Positions 58,877 through 64,000 of a DNA stretch of 64,000 bases are shown here, one piece after another (position 1 is the stretch's first letter; the number at the start of each line of letters is the position of its first letter). Under the pieces are notes generated by a model. It saw only the letters and a list, made by a program, of their open reading frames with translations. It was not told the origin of the DNA and made no database searches. Source of the DNA: Candidatus Bathyarchaeota archaeon. Lineage in GTDB: Archaea; Thermoproteota; Bathyarchaeia; Bathyarchaeales; Bathycorpusculaceae. Made by a program: the position numbers and the translations under genes. Location of the stretch: positions 11,284 through 75,283 of the forward strand of contig CAVTZU010000036.1 in NCBI GenBank assembly GCA_963739305.1, in the 5' to 3' direction.

Positions 58877-60145
58877 TCAGATCGCGGTCTTCTTTTTGAC
58901 GACGTAGTACACCGCTCCCGCTAATAAACTTGCGATGCCAATTATCCACGATAGCACTGAAGCAAAAACCACGAAAGCGAGCAGAGCGAGGCACGTTACC
59001 ATTCCGAGAAAAGGCACGATTCTCGGATACTTCCTCTTCTCTTTTTTCAAACGCAACGTTGAGACGTTTGCAGAAGCATAATAGAACAGCATCGCAAAAG
59101 TGCTAACCGCGATGACGCTTGACAGGTCAAATAGCAAAACGAGCAGTGCCATGATTATTCCGGTTATCCATATCGCGTAATAAGGCGTGTTGAATTTCAC
59201 ATGCAGCCGGGCAAGCCCTTTCGGGAGATCCTTACCTCTTGCCATGGCGAATGACATTCGAGAGACTCCTAGAATCGACGTGAGCAGCACACTTGCGGTT
59301 GCAAGAAGCCCGCCTAAGGAAACAATTCGCACGGCGATTGAGCTTCCACTGACACCTATTGCTGTTGAAAGCGGGGAAGTGGAGGTTGAGAGAGTTGGAG
59401 CTCCAACAAGCCCCACTGCAACCACGCCGACCAGAACGTAGAATATTGTCGATATCACTAGGGACAGAAGAATGGCTCTTGGAACATTTTTCCGCGCGTC
59501 TTTGACTTCTTCTGCAACTACTGCTACTCTTCCAAATCCACCGTAAGCAAAGAAGATGTAGAACGCGCCAGCCAATACACCTGTTTGAAGAGGTGCAAAC
59601 GGGCTGAAGTTTGAAGCGTTCGTATAGAAGAGGCCGAAAAGGCAGAAGAACCCTAAAATCGCGAGTTTTGTGGTGACAAGCAGGTTGTTCAGAATGGCTG
59701 ATTCTCGGATTCCAATAAAGTTGAGCGCTGTGAAAACCAGGCAAAGACGAGCGGCTACGATTTGTGGAGGAACCGTTGGAAACCAGTTTGCGAAGTAGTT
59801 GGCAAACCCTAGAGAGACTGCAGCGCCTGAAAAAGTGTTGCTCAGCATCCACATCCAGCCGGACAAGAACCCAGCAAAGGGTGAGATCAGTTCACGCCCA
59901 AATTCGTAAACACTTCCTTCCTTCGGCAGCCAAGCAGTCAATTCAGCAAAGCTCAAAGCGGTGAACGAAGAGATAACCGCTGCAATGATCATCGAAACTA
60001 TGAGAGCAGAGCCAGCATAACCCGCGGTAATGCCTGTAACAACAAATATGCCTGCCCCGACGATGGCACCCACGCTTATGGCAGTAGCTCCAAACAGACC
60101 CAGAGTTGGCTTCAATTTGGCTTGTTGGTCTTTTTCGTTATCCAT
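58877..60145 (-). CDS. APC-family amino acid permease
   Basis: GAIVGAGIF, FAEL, FFAYGGF, EEVKD..NVP, SRMSFAMAR. Confidence 0.92.
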   Translation of the reverse strand: MDNEKDQQAKLKPTLGLFGATAISVGAIVGAGIFVVTGITAGYAGSALIVSMIIAAVISSFTALSFAELTAWLPKEGSVYEFGRELISPFAGFLSGWMWMLSNTFSGAAVSLGFANYFANWFPTVPPQIVAARLCLVFTALNFIGIRESAILNNLLVTTKLAILGFFCLFGLFYTNASNFSPFAPLQTGVLAGAFYIFFAYGGFGRVAVVAEEVKDARKNVPRAILLSLVISTIFYVLVGVVAVGLVGAPTLSTSTSPLSTAIGVSGSSIAVRIVSLGGLLATASVLLTSILGVSRMSFAMARGKDLPKGLARLHVKFNTPYYAIWITGIIMALLVLLFDLSSVIAVSTFAMLFYYASANVSTLRLKKEKRKYPRIVPFLGMVTCLALLAFVVFASVLSWIIGIASLLAGAVYYVVKKKTAI

Positions 60146-60217
60146 GCCAATTCCGCGGCTAGTTAGTTTGATTTGAAAACCTGCGTATTAAGCCTTGATT
60201 CGAACGACTTCAAGCGA

Positions 60218-60964
60218 TCAGGCTGGCCCATTGCCTTGGGCGACGGGGCAGGCTTTGATGCAAAACCCGCAAACGGTTCCTCCAGAGAAGCTAATAATGA
60301 ATTCTTTGCACTTCTTCTTATCCATGCGCCATCCTTTCAGTCCGTCGTACTTGGGATTCCTCAAGGCCTTCGCTGGACAGGCTTTCACACACTTCATGCA
60401 TTTCATTCCCAAGCAGATATCTCTTGGTAATGGTCTGTCGGGTTTCAGCTTGGCCGTCGTTAACACAGTTACGAATCGCACATATGCACCGTGACGAGGC
60501 GTCAAGATTAGGTTGTTCAATCCAAACTTACCTAAGCCCGTTGCCGCTGCGGCGTGTTTGTGAGAAATGTCTGCGAAGTTCTTCGTTTCGTCATAGGGTG
60601 AGCTTGCCGGGATGGCCAATGCCTCATAGCCAAGATCCGCCAGAAAATTGGCGGTTTCCCATGCAAGACAGTTGAGCTTAAGGTTCGTCATATCATAATT
60701 TGTGATGTACTCTTTTTTGGTCTCGGGAAGCTGAAGGACCGCTGATTTGTTTATCTTCAGGCCTATTGAAATCACGGTTTGCGCCTTCGGCAAGAAATCT
60801 GTCGGACGATGGCCTTTAGGGGCGTCCAGCAGGCTCTTCGCAGTGGTTATTCCAACGAGAGTCGCTCCTCTGGTAAGGATGAACTCTTTTGTTCTCTTGG
60901 TCAAATCAGCGAAGTTTTCGTCCTGGTTTCTGACTGTCTCTTCGCTACCAAGGGGTTTTTTCAA
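60218..60964 (-). CDS. QueG/reductive-dehalogenase-like double 4Fe-4S protein
   Basis: SHKHAA..GLG.FG.NNL, C..C.KC..ACP, CGFCIKACP. Confidence 0.8.
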   Translation of the reverse strand: MKKPLGSEETVRNQDENFADLTKRTKEFILTRGATLVGITTAKSLLDAPKGHRPTDFLPKAQTVISIGLKINKSAVLQLPETKKEYITNYDMTNLKLNCLAWETANFLADLGYEALAIPASSPYDETKNFADISHKHAAAATGLGKFGLNNLILTPRHGAYVRFVTVLTTAKLKPDRPLPRDICLGMKCMKCVKACPAKALRNPKYDGLKGWRMDKKKCKEFIISFSGGTVCGFCIKACPVAQGNGPA

Positions 60965-63864
60965 TTCCTATTCTCTCTTTCTTCCCAGTAGGCTCTGGTG
61001 CGCAGGTATTGGATCTTAGCTTTCAGAAGATCCATGTAGAACTCTTCTTCTTTCGGGTGCATTTTCCCAAGGATTCTCGAGGCAGTTTCTGGTCCGACGC
61101 CTTTAACTTCAAGCGCAATAATCGCTTTCGTTCCATAGCTCAGCACGAGATCCGCCTCCCGTCTGGCCTTGGTGAGTTCTTTCAGCTCTTCTTCTGTCAA
61201 GTCTTTCCCTTCACGTCGTTTGTTCAAAACCTCGCGGAGATGGTCGGCGTCTTGACTTCGGTAGAGCACTGCAAGTAGTTTCGAACCGCATTTTCCGCAC
61301 GTTGGTTGTTGAGTTAGGTTTCTGATCTTCTCTTCACTGAACCATTCGCCGCAGGTCATGCATAGCATCCTTGCCGTCCTCGCTTCAATCGCCATTTTCA
61401 TTCTGTCAATGTTGCTCATTAGGACGTGCTCCGGTGCCATGAGTTCTGACATGTCGGAATATCTGGCGAGCATGTGATATGCTAGGGGCGTGGGTTTCTC
61501 CAAACTGAACACAGTGTTGACTTTGATGCTGCCGCTCTTTATGCAGTCCATGATTTCCTTTGCTTTTCCCAGGTCAACCATTTCTATCATTGCTTCTCGG
61601 ATAGTTTCGTCTTGAATTGGTGTTCCCATGAATCGACTTGGAAGCTGGCTTAATCTTTCGTAGCTCATAGTTTTGCCCCGGGTCAACGCTCCGAATCTTT
61701 CAGCAACAAACTTCATTTTGTACGAAAACGGGAATTTGGTCTCCAAGTAGTCGTTGAAAGCGTCGTCCACTTCCTCAGTCGTCAAGCTGAACAGTCTGGA
61801 GGAGATGTTCTGGACTTCGGTCAGGTTCAGTTTCCGAGGCGTTTCGATTAGAATTCGGTAACCATCATTCCACCATCCGACGATGATTTCTCTGTCTGAG
61901 AGTACAGCGTCAAACACGCAGCCGAGCGTGCGGTTTACGAGTTCGCCGAAGCAGGCGTGAACTAACAAGTACTTGTCAAAACCCTCGACAACGATGCGAT
62001 CGTTCGTGGGAATAGGGGCGCCGAGTTTCAAGTGTTCTTCGATTTCCTTGACGGTCGCGAGCAATGTGTTTTGGTTCGTTGACAGTTTTGCCGCGAGACT
62101 TTCGGCAGCAGCTTCTGCTGTTTTGGTTGCCTTTAGTTCCTTAGAGATTTCGTCTCGCAGTTTTCCGGTTTTCTGCGCAAGATCGAACGGCACCGGAATC
62201 ATTTCTCCGTCCCATCCTGGGATGGCTGCAAGAGGGTCTTCGCTCGGGACAACGTGGACTGTGCCCGTTTCATCTTCTATCTGGACTATTCTCCAGACTC
62301 TTCCCCTGATGATGATGTTCAACCCAACTCGGGCTTTGAGGGCCATGAACTCGTCGCCGAGAGTTCCGATTTTCCTGTCGGAGATCACGTTTATTACAGG
62401 ATAGCGTTTCTCATCGGGTATCATAGACAGGTTTTCATAATAGTAACTTCTTGTCTTTCGGGATTTTCCCAAGACCTTGCCTTCTTCTCCTACTCTGATG
62501 TTGCCGAGACGATCTAAAAAGCGTATCATATCAAGAAAGGCGTCCTTTCGAAGCCTTCTGTAGGGGTAAGCTCGTTTCAGCAAAGACAGAACTTCTTTTG
62601 AACCTTCAGTTCCCTTGTCCATCAGTGTTCCTGCGATCTGGTGGGCCAATACGTCTAAGGCGTTTTCGTGGATCACTACGGGTTCAAGCTTGTTCTCGTA
62701 GGCGCTTCCAACGGCCGCGATTGATTCCAGCGTGTCGTCTGGAAAAGCGGTTATGATCACGCCCTCGGACGTCATGTTTAATCGGTGGCCGCTGCGGCCG
62801 ACTCTTTGTATCAGACTGTTTACCTGTCGAGGAGAAAGATACTGTATGACCATGTCGACCGTTCCAATGTCTATTCCAAGCTCAAGCGTGCTTGTGCAGA
62901 TTATCGCTTTCAAGACGCCGGTTTTGAACTCATCCTCAATCTGGGCTCTTACCTCTTTTGACAAGGAGCCGTGATGGACGGCGATGTCCGTTCTGCCGAG
63001 TTGGTGAAACCTGTATCCAATCATTTCGGCGATCGTTCTGGCATTAACGAACACCAAGGTTGATCTGTGACTGTCGATGAGTTCGGCTATTCGCCTTATC
63101 CGAGCAGCAGCTTCAGGTGCAGTGTCAAGCTTCGCCGCAAGATCATAGTCTGACCCAATCGGTTCGGGGCTCTCCACGCGATACCTGTAACTTTTTAGAT
63201 ACGAAGCTTGGATGATCTTGATTTTCCTGTTCGATCCTGCTATCAACTGCGCGACATCATCTGGGTTACCAACTGTCGCGGAAAGTCCCACTCTCTGAAA
63301 CTCGTTGGCCGCGAAATCCTGAAGTCTTTCCAGCGCCACTGCGAGCTGCGTTCCACGCTTGCTAGATGCAAGCTCGTGCACTTCATCTATCACCACGTGC
63401 CTTACGTTTGCCAAATGTTGTCTCATCCGTGTGCCTGGCAGAATCGCCTGAAGAGTCTCAGGCGTCGTAACCAGCATCTGAGGCGGAAAAATCGCTTGTT
63501 TTCTTCGAAGCTTCTGTTCAGTGTCGCCGTGTCTGATTTCGATTGAGATGCCGAGCCTTGAAGACCAAAAGGACAAACGTTTGAGCATATCGCGATTCAA
63601 CGCTCGAAGGGGTGTTATGTAGATCACGGCGATGCTCTTTTGCTTCTCTTGCTGAATCAGTTTTGAGAATATCGGCAGTAAGACTGCTTCTGTCTTTCCG
63701 GTTCCAGTCGGTGCAATCAGCAGTACGTTTTCGCCTCTTGCGACGGAAGGAATGGCCATTTTCTGCGGAATTGTCGGTTCTTCGAAGCCGAGTTCAGATA
63801 AGGCTTTGCGAACAGGCCTAGCAAGTAGGCTAAAGGTTTTGTCGTCTTCAAGATTCTTGCCCAT
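60961..63864 (-). CDS. lhr: second Lhr-family helicase
   Basis: APTGTGKT, TPLRALNRD, DEVH, HHGSL, QRVGRSGH, PGWDGE, C-terminal CxxC..CxxC. Confidence 0.93.
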   Translation of the reverse strand: MGKNLEDDKTFSLLARPVRKALSELGFEEPTIPQKMAIPSVARGENVLLIAPTGTGKTEAVLLPIFSKLIQQEKQKSIAVIYITPLRALNRDMLKRLSFWSSRLGISIEIRHGDTEQKLRRKQAIFPPQMLVTTPETLQAILPGTRMRQHLANVRHVVIDEVHELASSKRGTQLAVALERLQDFAANEFQRVGLSATVGNPDDVAQLIAGSNRKIKIIQASYLKSYRYRVESPEPIGSDYDLAAKLDTAPEAAARIRRIAELIDSHRSTLVFVNARTIAEMIGYRFHQLGRTDIAVHHGSLSKEVRAQIEDEFKTGVLKAIICTSTLELGIDIGTVDMVIQYLSPRQVNSLIQRVGRSGHRLNMTSEGVIITAFPDDTLESIAAVGSAYENKLEPVVIHENALDVLAHQIAGTLMDKGTEGSKEVLSLLKRAYPYRRLRKDAFLDMIRFLDRLGNIRVGEEGKVLGKSRKTRSYYYENLSMIPDEKRYPVINVISDRKIGTLGDEFMALKARVGLNIIIRGRVWRIVQIEDETGTVHVVPSEDPLAAIPGWDGEMIPVPFDLAQKTGKLRDEISKELKATKTAEAAAESLAAKLSTNQNTLLATVKEIEEHLKLGAPIPTNDRIVVEGFDKYLLVHACFGELVNRTLGCVFDAVLSDREIIVGWWNDGYRILIETPRKLNLTEVQNISSRLFSLTTEEVDDAFNDYLETKFPFSYKMKFVAERFGALTRGKTMSYERLSQLPSRFMGTPIQDETIREAMIEMVDLGKAKEIMDCIKSGSIKVNTVFSLEKPTPLAYHMLARYSDMSELMAPEHVLMSNIDRMKMAIEARTARMLCMTCGEWFSEEKIRNLTQQPTCGKCGSKLLAVLYRSQDADHLREVLNKRREGKDLTEEELKELTKARREADLVLSYGTKAIIALEVKGVGPETASRILGKMHPKEEEFYMDLLKAKIQYLRTRAYWEERENRN

Positions 63865-64000
63865 TTGGGAAGCCTAGATTGATGGGCGATTGAAAGCTTT
63901 ATATTTATGGGCGGACTACAAAGTTCAAAATTTACATCTTCCTTTTCGACCTAGCAGCTATAACTTTTCCGCAAACGTCGAAAGTCGTTGCTGGGGTAAA

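Noticed and set aside
1-64000. tRNA, rRNA, CRISPR arrays, transposases, integrases, Sec/Pyl read-through
   Set aside because: None recognised by eye; the redox genes have no in-frame stop at Cys positions.

Overview
Archaeal chromosomal segment, most likely Bathyarchaeia/TACK (inferred from GAGGTG/GGAGG Shine-Dalgarno sites, split GMP synthase, zinc-type ferredoxin, a Cren7-like small protein, HdrA/HdrA-MvhD and tungsten AOR). Gene content: two Lhr helicase paralogs, TldD/PmbA, signal peptidase, a HypD-type glycyl radical enzyme with its activase, a stress/redox/Fe-S cluster (ferritin-like, HtrA, Nth, FTR-rubredoxin, glutaredoxin, USP, SOD, Zfx, TusA, DsrE, IscS, IscU), guaAB, an SdhA plus SdhB-CCG fusion (Tfr-like), AOR, a surface/glycosylation locus headed by a frameshifted S-layer-like protein with two CxxCH motifs, and a polyferredoxin-hdrA-hdrA/mvhD operon. 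Four small genes missed by the ORF track were found: a thioesterase at the window edge, the Cren7-like protein, a MobB-C-like protein and an ultra-acidic ACG-start micropeptide. The most unusual signals are non-coding: (i) three copies of a 139-bp element with inverted ends, a G-string and a hairpin; (ii) multi-kb patches of strong G+T versus A+C strand bias that ignore gene orientation and switch near two of those elements; (iii) an intergenic GCGCGCGC motif that brackets small genes at those switches. No rRNA, tRNA, CRISPR array or transposase was seen. All calls are by-eye recognition; no searches were run.
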